Notes under the pieces: generated by a model
Database searches by the model: none
Told to the model about the DNA's origin: nothing
What the model saw: only the letters and a program-made list of their open reading frames with translations
Shown here: in pieces, positions 16,217 through 26,389 of the stretch
Numbering within the stretch: the stretch's first letter is position 1
Layout: each line of letters starts with the position of its first letter
Position numbers and translations under genes: made by a program
From: a virus
Reading direction: 5' to 3' (one strand)
Virus record (IMG/VR): IMGVR_UViG_3300024256_000557
Length of the DNA stretch: 30,628 bases

Positions 16217-16748
16217 TATAGGTTGTGGTTGGAGAGATTTCGGTAAAGATTGGATTCATATAGATGGTGGTAATTATGACCATCTTGATTCTGATGATAT
16301 TTTTGTTACGGAATATAAAAATAATTCTGTGGATTTAATTTATGCTTCTCATTTTATTGAATATTTTGATAGGGAAGAAGTTGTTCCTTTATTGGAAAGG
16401 TGGAGAGAGGTTTTAAAACCAAGTGGAGTTATGAGATTGGCAGTTCCTAATTTTTCAAAAATAGCATCTTTATATATTAAAGGTTATGAACCATATGGTA
16501 TGGATGATTTTGTTGGTTTATTATATGGTAAGATGCCAATGGGTGGTGAAACGATATACCACAAAACAGTATATGACTTTCGCAGTTTAAAAAGTCTGTT
16601 GGAAGGTATAGGTATGAGAGAAGTAAAACATTATGATTGGAAAAAAACAGAACATTCAGAATTTGATGACCACTCACAGGCATATCTGCCACATATGGAT
16701 AAAGAGAAAGGAACTTCAATGAGTTTAAATATGGAGTGTATAAAATGA
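16206..16748 (+). CDS. Class I SAM-dependent methyltransferase
   Basis: 'LNIGCG', 'VDLIYASHFIEY', 'LKPSGVMRLAVP'. Confidence 0.85.
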   Translation: MKLNIGCGWRDFGKDWIHIDGGNYDHLDSDDIFVTEYKNNSVDLIYASHFIEYFDREEVVPLLERWREVLKPSGVMRLAVPNFSKIASLYIKGYEPYGMDDFVGLLYGKMPMGGETIYHKTVYDFRSLKSLLEGIGMREVKHYDWKKTEHSEFDDHSQAYLPHMDKEKGTSMSLNMECIK

Positions 16749-17335
16749 GTTTTGATAAGATAAGAGAACTTGAGAATAAGATAGCAAAATTTTATGGTGC
16801 ACCACATGCAGTAGCGATAGATTGTTGTACTCATGCAATAGAATTATGTTTGAGATATAAAAAGGTAGAGAAGTTTACAGTTCCACCAAATACTTATCCT
16901 TCAATTCCAAATCTGGCAAAAAAGATAGGGATTGAATTTGAATGGGAAGAGAAAGATTGGGAAGATTACTATTATTTAGGGGGAACAAATATAATAGATG
17001 CGGCAGTATTATGGAAAGAGAATAGTTATATTCCAAATAGTCTTATGTGTTTGAGTTTTCAATATCAGAAACATTTAAGTCTCGGTAGGGGCGGAATGAT
17101 TTTAACAGACGATGAAGAAGCAAAGGACGAGTTAAAGAAAATGTCCTATGATGGTAGGTTACCTGATATACCTTGGAGGGATCAAAATATTAGTAGTATG
17201 GGATATCATTATTATATGACACCAGAAACAGCTAGTTTAGGATTAGAGAAATTACCAAAGGCAATAGAAACTAAACCGAGAGATTGGGAATTAGAAGATT
17301 GGCCAGATTTAAGAGATATGGAGCTATATAAGTGA
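16745..17335 (+). CDS. Short DegT/DnrJ/EryC1/StrS PLP aminotransferase (196 aa)
   Basis: 'AVAIDCCTHAIELCL', 'IIDAA', PLP-lysine motif 'SFQYQKHLSLGRGG'. Start chosen at the ATGA overlap. Confidence 0.8.
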   Translation: MSFDKIRELENKIAKFYGAPHAVAIDCCTHAIELCLRYKKVEKFTVPPNTYPSIPNLAKKIGIEFEWEEKDWEDYYYLGGTNIIDAAVLWKENSYIPNSLMCLSFQYQKHLSLGRGGMILTDDEEAKDELKKMSYDGRLPDIPWRDQNISSMGYHYYMTPETASLGLEKLPKAIETKPRDWELEDWPDLRDMELYK

Positions 17336-18081
17336 GAAGTATTGTTTTGAGTTGTGATAAATACCATCCTTTATCTGAACATATGGTAGTTAGTTATAGA
17401 GATAAATGGCCATCACATAATTTTAAGTTCAATATACCTTGGAATGATTCTAAACCTATACATTTATTAGAAAAATATTCTAATGAAGTAGAATTAATAC
17501 AGACACCGATAGAATTTAAAAAAACTATAGGTTCGCTGTTAGATAAAGTAGATGATGATGAATGGATTTTTTGGTCAACTGATGATACATATTTAATTTC
17601 TGTTGATGAAGAGGAAGTAAATATTACTCAAAAATTTGTAGAACAATGTGATGAAGATGTATTTGGTGTTACATTTGGATATATAAGACACGTTCCACAT
17701 AGTATAGATGAGAAAGATACAGTTGAATATGAAGGATTAAGGTTTGTTAGGAGAACACGATTAACTAATCCTTGGGCTCCACAATATTGGAGAGCCAAGG
17801 TATTGAAATTTATGTTTGAGTCTATGGAAGAAGCACCAAAGTATAAAGCAAAACAGATGGATTATATGTTAGGAGATTGGAATAATCACACATCCAATGC
17901 ATTTTGGGATATAATAAATCAGGGTAAATTTTATACTCTTGATCACAATGTAGGAATTTGGGGTGAAAGTACAAAGAGGGGATTAATTACTATAAATTGT
18001 GCTGATAGTTTTAATAATTACGGATTAGAAATTCCAACTACCTTTGAAGTTTCTGATTCTTCAATTTTTTTTGATGATTAA
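17332..18081 (+). CDS. Putative GT-A-like glycosyltransferase
   Basis: 'IVLSCDKY', 'WIFWSTDDTY' acidic motif; glycan cluster context. Confidence 0.45.
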   Translation: MRSIVLSCDKYHPLSEHMVVSYRDKWPSHNFKFNIPWNDSKPIHLLEKYSNEVELIQTPIEFKKTIGSLLDKVDDDEWIFWSTDDTYLISVDEEEVNITQKFVEQCDEDVFGVTFGYIRHVPHSIDEKDTVEYEGLRFVRRTRLTNPWAPQYWRAKVLKFMFESMEEAPKYKAKQMDYMLGDWNNHTSNAFWDIINQGKFYTLDHNVGIWGESTKRGLITINCADSFNNYGLEIPTTFEVSDSSIFFDD

Positions 18082-18092
18082 AAGGATATAAA

Positions 18093-19067
18093 ATGAAAAA
18101 GAAGGCGTTTATAACAGGAATTAATGGACAAGATGGTAGTTATCTTGCAGAGTTGTTGTTAGAAAAAGATTATGATGTATATGGAATAGTAAGAAGAAAT
18201 TCTATAGCAGAACATCAAGAAAGTAGAATTGACCATTTGGTAGGTAATGGAGTTGAAACAGAGTATGGTGATTTACTTGATGTAAGTTCATTAGAAAGAT
18301 TGATACGGACTATTCAACCAGATGAAATTTATAATATAGCAGCACAAAGTCATGTGAGAATTAGTATGGATATTCCACAATTTACAGTACAAACTAATGC
18401 ACTCGGATTGTTAAATGTATTAGAGGCCTATAAAAATAATTGTCCAAGTGCAAGATTCTATCAGGCATCATCTTCAGAGATGTTTGGTCGTTCCGTAGAT
18501 GAAGATGGTTATCAAAGAGAAACCACACCAATGCACCCAACAAGTCCTTATGGATGTACAAAGGTATTTGGATTTAATATGGTTCAACATTACAGAAACG
18601 CTTATAAGTTATTTGCAAGTAATGGGATATTATTTAATCACGAATCACCAAGACGAGGTTCTAATTTTGTAACTAATAAGGTTGTAAAGGCAGCAGTTGA
18701 GATTTCAGTTGGTAAACGAGATAAACTTCCACTCGGTAATTTAGATTCTTATCGTGATTGGGGACATTCAAAAGATTATGTTCGGGCAATGCACATGATA
18801 TTAAACCATACAGAACCAGATGATTTTGTATGTGCTACTGGAGTAACTAATTCAGTTGGTGATATGTGTGATTATGTATTTAATAAGTTAGATTTAAATT
18901 ACAAAGATTATGTTACAGTAGATGAAAGGTTTATGAGGGCCGAAGAATTGAAATATTTAAAAGGAGATGCCACGAAGTTGAGAATGGCATTTGGTTGGGC
19001 ACCTGAATATACATTTGAGTCTTTAATGGATGAAATGATTGAACATTGGTTAGATATTTATAAATGA
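18093..19067 (+). CDS. gmd: GDP-mannose 4,6-dehydratase
   Basis: 'FITGINGQDGSYLAELLLEKDYDVYG', 'AAQSHV', 'FYQASSSEMFG', 'SPYGCTK', 'LFNHESPRRG', 'RDWGH'. Confidence 0.95.
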   Translation: MKKKAFITGINGQDGSYLAELLLEKDYDVYGIVRRNSIAEHQESRIDHLVGNGVETEYGDLLDVSSLERLIRTIQPDEIYNIAAQSHVRISMDIPQFTVQTNALGLLNVLEAYKNNCPSARFYQASSSEMFGRSVDEDGYQRETTPMHPTSPYGCTKVFGFNMVQHYRNAYKLFASNGILFNHESPRRGSNFVTNKVVKAAVEISVGKRDKLPLGNLDSYRDWGHSKDYVRAMHMILNHTEPDDFVCATGVTNSVGDMCDYVFNKLDLNYKDYVTVDERFMRAEELKYLKGDATKLRMAFGWAPEYTFESLMDEMIEHWLDIYK

Positions 19068-20089
19068 GGTTACTTTTAATTTTATCACAATACAGAATTA
19101 GTGAAAAGATTTTACCAGTTATTCCAGAACTTAAAAAAGAATTTGATTTAGATTGTTTGTTAGTTTATCAAATGAAATCAAATCATAAATGGCCAGGAGA
19201 TAGAGATTTAAGAAAAGAGTTTTATAAAAATTATAAAGATTACTTCAATATAATTACAGAAAATAGGAATCATTTTGATTATGGTAGTTATGATTTAATT
19301 ATATCAGATGATAATAGAAATACACCTAAAACAGGGTTGAATGAAATATATGAAAAGAAAAGTTGTTTGATGATTGGTTGTTATCATGGAGCTGGAGAGA
19401 AATGGAATAATGTTAAATTTATTAAAAGGTCAACTGGGACAGTTTTAGATTATTGTTTTGTGATGGGAAAGTCAGATGTAACTACTGATGTGAGTATACC
19501 AGTTGGTATTCCATCAAATGATTACTTACATTTGTATCAAAATATGGATAAGAAACATATTCTCGTAATTGTAAATTTTCTTGGTAATAGATCATGCCCA
19601 TTTGAAGTGCGATTAAACAATAAGTTTGTTAAAGAATTAGATTTAATTTATTTACAAGATAAACTAAATTTACCAATTATTTTTAAATTAAAAAGTAGAC
19701 AGGACGAGGGTTTAGATGGATTTGAAACAAATAAAAATTATTTAAATTTTATTTTACCAGATAATCTTGATTATAAAATTTTATGTGATTATGAAGATAT
19801 AGATACATTAGTATCTGAAAGTAAAATTGTTATATCGGCACCATCAACATTGGCATATAAACCAATTCAACTTGGTATTCCAACAATATTAATTAAGAAT
19901 AGTGGTCAGTTGGGTAATTTTGGAGAATTTAGGGGACTTGTAGAATTGGATAAAGAAAAAGTTAAAAATAAAATAGATGAGATGATAGAGAACCCAAAAG
20001 ATGTAGATTTTATAGAAAATACAGTTGAAGGTGGGTTAGATTTTAAATCTACAGAAGTTTTTGTTGATAAAATAAAAGAATTAATGTGA
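19064..20089 (+). CDS. Hypothetical GT-B-like protein (possible sialyl- or phospho-sugar transferase)
   Basis: 'YHGAG', 'VGIPSND', '[10 protein letters not shown]...LGIPTI' pattern of the CDP-glycerol/capsule-synthesis GT-B group. Confidence 0.45.
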   Translation: MRLLLILSQYRISEKILPVIPELKKEFDLDCLLVYQMKSNHKWPGDRDLRKEFYKNYKDYFNIITENRNHFDYGSYDLIISDDNRNTPKTGLNEIYEKKSCLMIGCYHGAGEKWNNVKFIKRSTGTVLDYCFVMGKSDVTTDVSIPVGIPSNDYLHLYQNMDKKHILVIVNFLGNRSCPFEVRLNNKFVKELDLIYLQDKLNLPIIFKLKSRQDEGLDGFETNKNYLNFILPDNLDYKILCDYEDIDTLVSESKIVISAPSTLAYKPIQLGIPTILIKNSGQLGNFGEFRGLVELDKEKVKNKIDEMIENPKDVDFIENTVEGGLDFKSTEVFVDKIKELM

Positions 20090-20481
20090 TAAGTGATAAA
20101 TCAAATGTGTTTGTTTCTGCTAAACTTGGAAAAAATGTTAAGGTGGGAGCATACTCTGAAATAGGTAAAAATGTTGTGATTGGGAATAATACAAATATAT
20201 CTGCCGGAGTATTTATACCAGAAAATGTTATAATAGAGGATAACGTATTTATAGGACCCCATTCGGTATTTACCAATGATAAAAATCCACCGTCTTTTGG
20301 AAAATGGAAAAATGAGAATCCAACCATAATTAAATCAGGAGCATCAATAGGTGCTAATTCTACAATTTTACCAAATATAACGATTGGGTTAAATTCTGTA
20401 GTTGGAGCTGGGTCTGTTGTGACTAAAGATGTTCCAGATGGGGTTACAGTTGTAGGAAATCCAGCAAGGATATTAAAGTGA
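20086..20481 (+). CDS. Left-handed beta-helix sugar N-acetyltransferase (WbpD/WlbB-like)
   Basis: Hexapeptide repeats, '[11 protein letters not shown]', '[11 protein letters not shown]', '[11 protein letters not shown]...VGNPAR'. Confidence 0.85.
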   Translation: MISDKSNVFVSAKLGKNVKVGAYSEIGKNVVIGNNTNISAGVFIPENVIIEDNVFIGPHSVFTNDKNPPSFGKWKNENPTIIKSGASIGANSTILPNITIGLNSVVGAGSVVTKDVPDGVTVVGNPARILK

Positions 20482-21485
20482 ATATCTTACACATTGTTGG
20501 TGCAAGACCACAATTTATGAAATTAGCACCATTGGTGAAACAATTGTCAAGATGTAATTTAGAATTCGATATATGTCATACTGGACAACATTATGATAGA
20601 ACAATGTCCGAAAATTTTTTTATAGAACTTGATATAGAACTCCCAAAATTTAAATTCAATAATAATAATAAATCATATTCCAATATGTTGTCTAATATGA
20701 TTGTAGATATATCATCGATAATAGATGACTATACAGATGTATTTGTATATGGTGATACCCTAACAACATTAGCAGGTGCTATGGCATCAATTTTTTGTGG
20801 TAAGACGTTGCATCACATAGAATCTGGAATTAGATGTAAGAATTTAGAAATGCCAGAAGAAAAAATTAGACGAATAGTTGATGAATCATCTAATTATTTA
20901 TATTGTTTGACTGAAGGTGATAGATACAATTTGAGTCATGTTGGTGGTAAAGTAAGTGTTGTTGGTGATTTGATGTATGAGAATTTTTTATCATATAATA
21001 TAAAAAATATTGGAATGAGTGATTATGTGTTTGTTACCATTCATAGAGAAGAAAATACAAGAAAGGAACAATTAACTAACATAGTAAATCAATTAAATAC
21101 ACTAAGTTTAACAGAAAATATAATTTTTCCAATACACCCAAGAACAAAAAAAATGATGGAACTTTATGAAATAAAACCAAATTTTGAACCCATTGATCCA
21201 ATTTCGTATGGTGAAGTTTTATCATATATTAAAAATTGTAACTATGTTATATCAGATTCAGGAGGAGTTCCAAAGGAGGCATACTGGTTGGGTAAAAAAA
21301 GTGTGGTAGTGATGAAAAATCTTGTATATGAAATCCTTAAAACAGAAAAATATAATATTAGGTCAGATTACAATAGCATATTAGAAAATATTGATAAACT
21401 ACATAATTTACCAGATATAACAAATTTCAATTTGTTTGGTGATGGTAAAACTTCTAAAAAAATAGTGGAGAGATTGAGTGAATAG
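20478..21485 (+). CDS. Non-hydrolysing UDP-GlcNAc(-type) 2-epimerase (WecB/WbpI family)
   Basis: 'VGARPQFMK', 'HTGQHYD', 'YGDT', 'HIESGIR', 'TIHREEN', '[10 protein letters not shown]'. Confidence 0.9.
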   Translation: MNILHIVGARPQFMKLAPLVKQLSRCNLEFDICHTGQHYDRTMSENFFIELDIELPKFKFNNNNKSYSNMLSNMIVDISSIIDDYTDVFVYGDTLTTLAGAMASIFCGKTLHHIESGIRCKNLEMPEEKIRRIVDESSNYLYCLTEGDRYNLSHVGGKVSVVGDLMYENFLSYNIKNIGMSDYVFVTIHREENTRKEQLTNIVNQLNTLSLTENIIFPIHPRTKKMMELYEIKPNFEPIDPISYGEVLSYIKNCNYVISDSGGVPKEAYWLGKKSVVVMKNLVYEILKTEKYNIRSDYNSILENIDKLHNLPDITNFNLFGDGKTSKKIVERLSE

Positions 21486-22356
21486 GTATGGACTAATAGG
21501 AGCATCAGGATATATAGCACCAAAACATATGGAGGCCATAAAAAACACAGGTGGTGAGTTAGTTACTATTCTCGACCCAAATGATTCTGTGGGGGTTATA
21601 GATAGGTATCATCCAAAGGCTACATATTTTTCTGAGTATGAAAGATTTGATAGAGAAGTTGATAGACTACGGAGAATCGGAAAGGGCCTTGATTATATTT
21701 CTATAGCATCTCCAAATTATTTACACGATGCTCACATTAGATTTGCACTAAAGAATGGAAGTAATGCAATATGTGAAAAGCCGTTAGTATTAAACCCTTA
21801 TAGTATTAATTCATTGGAAGAACTGCAGCGTGAAACTGGTAAAAATATACATCCAATTTTACAATTAAGGTTACATCAGAGTATTATTGATATTAACGAT
21901 AATATTGGAAAGACACAAAATAATGAGGTGGAGTTGAAATATGTAACTCCTCGTGGAAAGTGGTATCATTATTCATGGAAGGGTGATGAAGTAAAATCTG
22001 GTGGGATTGCAACAAATATAGGAATCCATTTCTTTGATATGCTACTGTGGATATTTGGAGAAGTAAAAAATAATTATGTTTTCCATCATACTAAAAATAA
22101 TTCACAGGGTTATTTGGAATTGGAACGAGCCAATGTGAATTGGTCATTGAGTGTTGATGAGAGAGATTTACCTCATAGAGAATGGAAGGCATTTCGTTCC
22201 ATAAAGATTAATGGAGAAGAAGTAGATTTCTCAAGTGGATTTACTGATTTACATACTAAGAGTTATCAAGAAATATTAAATGGTAATGGATTTACATTAA
22301 ATGATGCAAAACCAGCATTAGATTTGGTACATAAAATACGGAATTACAAAACATGA
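21478..22356 (+). CDS. wbpB: Gfo/Idh/MocA oxidoreductase, WbpB/WlbA-like UDP-GlcNAcA 3-dehydrogenase
   Basis: 'IGASGYIAPKH', 'DPNDSVGVID', 'SPNYLHDAHIRFAL', 'CEKPL', 'KSGGIATNIGIHFFD', 'FTDLHTKSY'. Confidence 0.85.
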   Translation: MNRYGLIGASGYIAPKHMEAIKNTGGELVTILDPNDSVGVIDRYHPKATYFSEYERFDREVDRLRRIGKGLDYISIASPNYLHDAHIRFALKNGSNAICEKPLVLNPYSINSLEELQRETGKNIHPILQLRLHQSIIDINDNIGKTQNNEVELKYVTPRGKWYHYSWKGDEVKSGGIATNIGIHFFDMLLWIFGEVKNNYVFHHTKNNSQGYLELERANVNWSLSVDERDLPHREWKAFRSIKINGEEVDFSSGFTDLHTKSYQEILNGNGFTLNDAKPALDLVHKIRNYKT

Positions 22357-23318
22357 GTAATATTATTATTTACGTTTCTTCACGAAATAACTATGATATG
22401 CTGAGTGGAGAAGTTTTAAAGAATATAAATACTGATGGATTTGAATTTATCAATGTAGATGATAATTCATCACAGGAAGAAATCCAAAAGGGTGAGAAGA
22501 TTTGTAGAGATAATGACATAGCATTCCTTAAAAATAAATCGAGGGGAGTGCAAATGGCAACTCAAACTTTGATTGATTTTATAAAAGAAAATCGCCCAAA
22601 CTGTAAATGGGTATTCTGTTTTCAGCATGATTGTTATCCAATAAGTGAAAACTTTTTTAGTAGAATTTCTAAATTAATAGATAGTGGACAACTTGATGAC
22701 TTTGGGACTGTTGGATTTAATAGAATAGATATGGGAAAACATACTCCAACTGCTTATGATGAATTTGTAAATGGCAAATCACCACTGGGGTGTATTGGAT
22801 TATCCCACTTATCAATATTGGATACTACAAAAAGATGGTTGATGCCATCAAGAAATACGTGGTTAGATGATAATAACGATTGGAAAAATCCGTTTAGTGT
22901 AGAAATAACAGCTTGGACTGCAATAGGAATTAATGTAAATTTGTGGATAAAACATATAGAACCAACGGATGAATATCATTTTCATTTGTGGGCACCTGAT
23001 ATTTCCATGCAGTTTCTGTATAATAATTTTCATAATGTAGTGTTGCCAAAATTATATTTGATGAATAAACAAGAATTGAAGGAGAATTACGGTATAGATG
23101 CAAACTCAGCTCACGGCTCAAAAAAAGGGAATGAATATCATTTCGGGCATTATAAACCATCCCATGATACGTGGAAGTCAAGGTGGGGTTGGGAATATGA
23201 TAACCCATCTACAATACCAGGAATAATACAGAGTTATGGGGGAACGTTAATAGAAGAATTTATCAATCACAATACGAAGTCCGGACCATTAAAAACATTT
23301 GATTTGGGGGAGTATTAA
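22353..23318 (+). CDS. GT2-like glycosyltransferase
   Basis: 'NVDDNS', 'CFQHDC', 'WAPDISMQ'. Confidence 0.6.
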   Translation: MSNIIIYVSSRNNYDMLSGEVLKNINTDGFEFINVDDNSSQEEIQKGEKICRDNDIAFLKNKSRGVQMATQTLIDFIKENRPNCKWVFCFQHDCYPISENFFSRISKLIDSGQLDDFGTVGFNRIDMGKHTPTAYDEFVNGKSPLGCIGLSHLSILDTTKRWLMPSRNTWLDDNNDWKNPFSVEITAWTAIGINVNLWIKHIEPTDEYHFHLWAPDISMQFLYNNFHNVVLPKLYLMNKQELKENYGIDANSAHGSKKGNEYHFGHYKPSHDTWKSRWGWEYDNPSTIPGIIQSYGGTLIEEFINHNTKSGPLKTFDLGEY

Positions 23319-24310
23319 TGAAAATATTAGTAACCGGATCAGCCGGATTAATTGGAAGTCATTTATGTGATAAATTATTATCTATTGGATATGAAGTAGT
23401 TGGTGTAGATAATTTATCTTATGGTAGTTTAGATAATTTAAAAAAATCTTTATTATTTGATAAATTTACATTTATTGAGGCAGATTGTACAGAGAATTTT
23501 TGGAGATTATCTAAAAATTGTATGTGTGAAATTTCGTGTAACTGTGATTTGAGTGGATTTGATTTTGTATTTCACACTGCATCATATAAAAAAACCTATC
23601 CAAAGATTGAGTATAACAATAAGATTACTTCGTCAGATGTAATGATAAATAACTCCAAAATGATAGATAAAATTTCCAAGTTCTGTATAGAAGATAAATC
23701 AAAATTGATATTCACTTCAACTTCTGATGTTTATGGTCATCATGAAACTTTTAGTGAAAATGATGATGTGACTATAAGTAAAACTGATGTAGAACGGCAA
23801 TCATATTCTATTGTTAAATTATTTGAAGAGCAGTTTTTATTAAATCTTTTCAATCAGGGTGAACTATGTGTTTCAGTTGCAAGAATATTTGGTTGTTTTA
23901 GTAAGAGGTCAAATAAAGAATGGAGTGGTGGCCACGTTCCATTGTTTATTGATAGAGCACTAAAAAATGAAGATATAATAATTCACGGGGATGGACAACA
24001 GACTAGAAGTATGGCATACGTAGATGATATAGTGGATGGGTTGGTATCTATAATGAATAATTTTAATGAATGTAATGGTGATATTTTTAATCTTGGCACT
24101 GATGAAGAACTGAGTGTATTAGAACACGCTGAAATAATAAAAAAAATGACAAATTCAAGATCAAATATTGTTTTTATTGATGAAGAAAGTGCACACGGAA
24201 AGTATAAAGATATTCGTAGGAGGAAACCTAATCTAAATAAGTCAAGAGATGTGTTGGATTATAATTCACATTTTAAATTCACCGATATCATCAGAAAGAT
24301 TATAAGTTAA
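23318..24310 (+). CDS. NAD-dependent nucleotide-sugar epimerase/dehydratase (SDR)
   Basis: 'VTGSAGLIGSHL', 'FTSTSDVYG', YxxxK 'YSIVK', 'GDGQQTRSMAYVDD'. Confidence 0.9.
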   Translation: MKILVTGSAGLIGSHLCDKLLSIGYEVVGVDNLSYGSLDNLKKSLLFDKFTFIEADCTENFWRLSKNCMCEISCNCDLSGFDFVFHTASYKKTYPKIEYNNKITSSDVMINNSKMIDKISKFCIEDKSKLIFTSTSDVYGHHETFSENDDVTISKTDVERQSYSIVKLFEEQFLLNLFNQGELCVSVARIFGCFSKRSNKEWSGGHVPLFIDRALKNEDIIIHGDGQQTRSMAYVDDIVDGLVSIMNNFNECNGDIFNLGTDEELSVLEHAEIIKKMTNSRSNIVFIDEESAHGKYKDIRRRKPNLNKSRDVLDYNSHFKFTDIIRKIIS

Positions 24311-24316
24311 AATATA

Positions 24317-25264
24317 ATGAAGATCCTTTGTATAACACCAATAAAACACCTTAACGGGATTTATGAAACATTATCTTCATATGGTGAGATCAGTTATCAA
24401 CCTTATATTTCAAATATAGAATTGAAAAAAATACTTGAAAATGAAACTATAACCCATTTATTTACAAATCCAAACAAACAGAATTTTATTCTGGATGATG
24501 AAGTTTTGAGAGATAGCAGTTTAAAAGTTATAAATACTTGCTCAACCGGATTAAATCATATAGACATAAAATATTGTGAAGAAAATAATATTGAAGTGTG
24601 GTCATTAAAAGAAGATTATGAATTGATAAGCGATTTACCATCAACTTCAGAATTAGCATTTGGTTTGATGTTGTCATTACTACGAAATATACCAAGTGGA
24701 TTTGACGATGTGAAAAATGGTAATTGGAATTATGAGCCATTCGTAGGTCACCAGATAAGGGGATTAACCGTTGGTGTAATTGGTTATGGTAGACTTGGTA
24801 AAATAATGTGTAGATTGTTTGATGGATGGGGAGTTAAAATTTTAGTGGATGACCCATATGAATATAATATAGATGAACGAGATAGTAAAGTATTGAGTAA
24901 ACGATTATTAAATACCTCGGATGTAGTTTTTTTACATACCCACGTAACAGATGAAACACGTGGTATGGTAGATGATGAGTTTTTATCTAAAATGAAACAA
25001 GGAAGTTATCTCATAAATACTGCACGAGGTGAATTAGTAAATGAGGAGTCAGTAATAAAATCTATTGAAGAAGGACACTTAAAAGGTTATGGAACGGATG
25101 TTATCCGAGATGAATTTGGTAATAGAGAAAATAGTAAGTTAGTAGAGTTTGCCAAAGATCCAACTAGCAATATAGTAATAACACCTCATGTTGGTGGAAT
25201 GACATTTGAAGGACAGACTAAAGCATTTCATTGGGCAGTAAGTAAATTTAGGAGTGTAGTATGA
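24317..25264 (+). CDS. D-isomer-specific 2-hydroxyacid dehydrogenase (SerA-like)
   Basis: 'STGLNHID', 'GVIGYGRLG', 'INTARGELV', 'DV', 'ITPHVGG'. Confidence 0.9.
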   Translation: MKILCITPIKHLNGIYETLSSYGEISYQPYISNIELKKILENETITHLFTNPNKQNFILDDEVLRDSSLKVINTCSTGLNHIDIKYCEENNIEVWSLKEDYELISDLPSTSELAFGLMLSLLRNIPSGFDDVKNGNWNYEPFVGHQIRGLTVGVIGYGRLGKIMCRLFDGWGVKILVDDPYEYNIDERDSKVLSKRLLNTSDVVFLHTHVTDETRGMVDDEFLSKMKQGSYLINTARGELVNEESVIKSIEEGHLKGYGTDVIRDEFGNRENSKLVEFAKDPTSNIVITPHVGGMTFEGQTKAFHWAVSKFRSVV

Positions 25265-25797
25265 AATTATTAACAATAATCCCAGCAAAACTTGATTCAA
25301 AAAGATTGAAACGAAAAAATATAAAAGAGTTAAATGGTAAGCCACTTTTGTTCTATTCAATAGAATATGCACAAAATACTAAATATCCAAATGATATAAT
25401 AGTTTCATCAGAAAGTATGGATGTGAAAAACATATTACAGAAAAATATATTATTTCATAATAGAAGTAAAGATTTATGTGGTGATGTTGAAGTAGTAGAT
25501 GTATATTTAGAAATATTAAAAACAATAGATGAAGAATATGATTATGTAATATGTTTACAGCCGGATAATCCAAACAGATCAAATACACTTGATGAATGTT
25601 TAGATTATATGATTGAAAATAATTATGATGATTTGATAACTGTAAATGATACTTATAAACGAAGTGGTTCTGTTAGAATATTTAAATATGAACATTTAAA
25701 AAGAGGTTTTATTAGTAAAAGAATGGGTTGTATTAGAGACGGTGCAACAGACATACACTACCAATCAGATTTTGAAAATGTAAAGGGTAAATTATAA
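25261..25797 (+). CDS. neuA: CMP-nonulosonate synthetase-like cytidylyltransferase
   Basis: 'IIPAKLDSKRLKRKNIKELNGKPL', 'LQPDNP'; close to a neuB-like gene. Confidence 0.75.
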   Translation: MKLLTIIPAKLDSKRLKRKNIKELNGKPLLFYSIEYAQNTKYPNDIIVSSESMDVKNILQKNILFHNRSKDLCGDVEVVDVYLEILKTIDEEYDYVICLQPDNPNRSNTLDECLDYMIENNYDDLITVNDTYKRSGSVRIFKYEHLKRGFISKRMGCIRDGATDIHYQSDFENVKGKL

Positions 25798-25851
25798 AAT
25801 GGCAGTATTTGGTAAAAAAGATTTGGGTCTGGTTATCAACGTAGGGTTGGA

Positions 25852-26388
25852 ATGCAATCTAGATCATTATTACAAGAAAATTCGAAAGAGCTTGTTTCTG
25901 TTCTTAAAATTCATGGAGTTATAGAAGATGGTATTAAGATATTTGAAATAGGTGCTGGCCCTGGTAGAAATTTAAAATATATTAATGATGAAAATAATAC
26001 AGTAGAGTTATATTTGAATGATTTATGGAAAGATGCAAGTTATAAGTATATGGATAAATTAATAAAAGATAAAACAGTATTTTACGAAATGGATACTTTT
26101 ATTTTGATAAATGATTGTAAACCAGAATTTCAAGTAGATCTACTAATTTCATCTGACCATTTAATGCATATTGAATATGAACCAGCTGATATTATATTAA
26201 AAGGAATAAGAGATTCTTGGAAACCTAATTATATTTTATTAAGGGAAGTAAAAAAAGAGTTTGAATCACCAGACCATCCAAGATTATTTCATGATTATAA
26301 TCAATTATTAACTGATTATGATTTAGTATATGAAACTACAAGTGTCAATGCAAAAGAATATTTTATTTGGTTATTAAAAGGTAAATAA
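25852..26388 (+). CDS. Class I SAM-dependent methyltransferase (true start possibly 25799 via a frameshift)
   Basis: 'FEIGAGPGRNL', 'DHLMHI'. Confidence 0.7.
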   Translation: MQSRSLLQENSKELVSVLKIHGVIEDGIKIFEIGAGPGRNLKYINDENNTVELYLNDLWKDASYKYMDKLIKDKTVFYEMDTFILINDCKPEFQVDLLISSDHLMHIEYEPADIILKGIRDSWKPNYILLREVKKEFESPDHPRLFHDYNQLLTDYDLVYETTSVNAKEYFIWLLKGK

Positions 26389-26389
26389 T

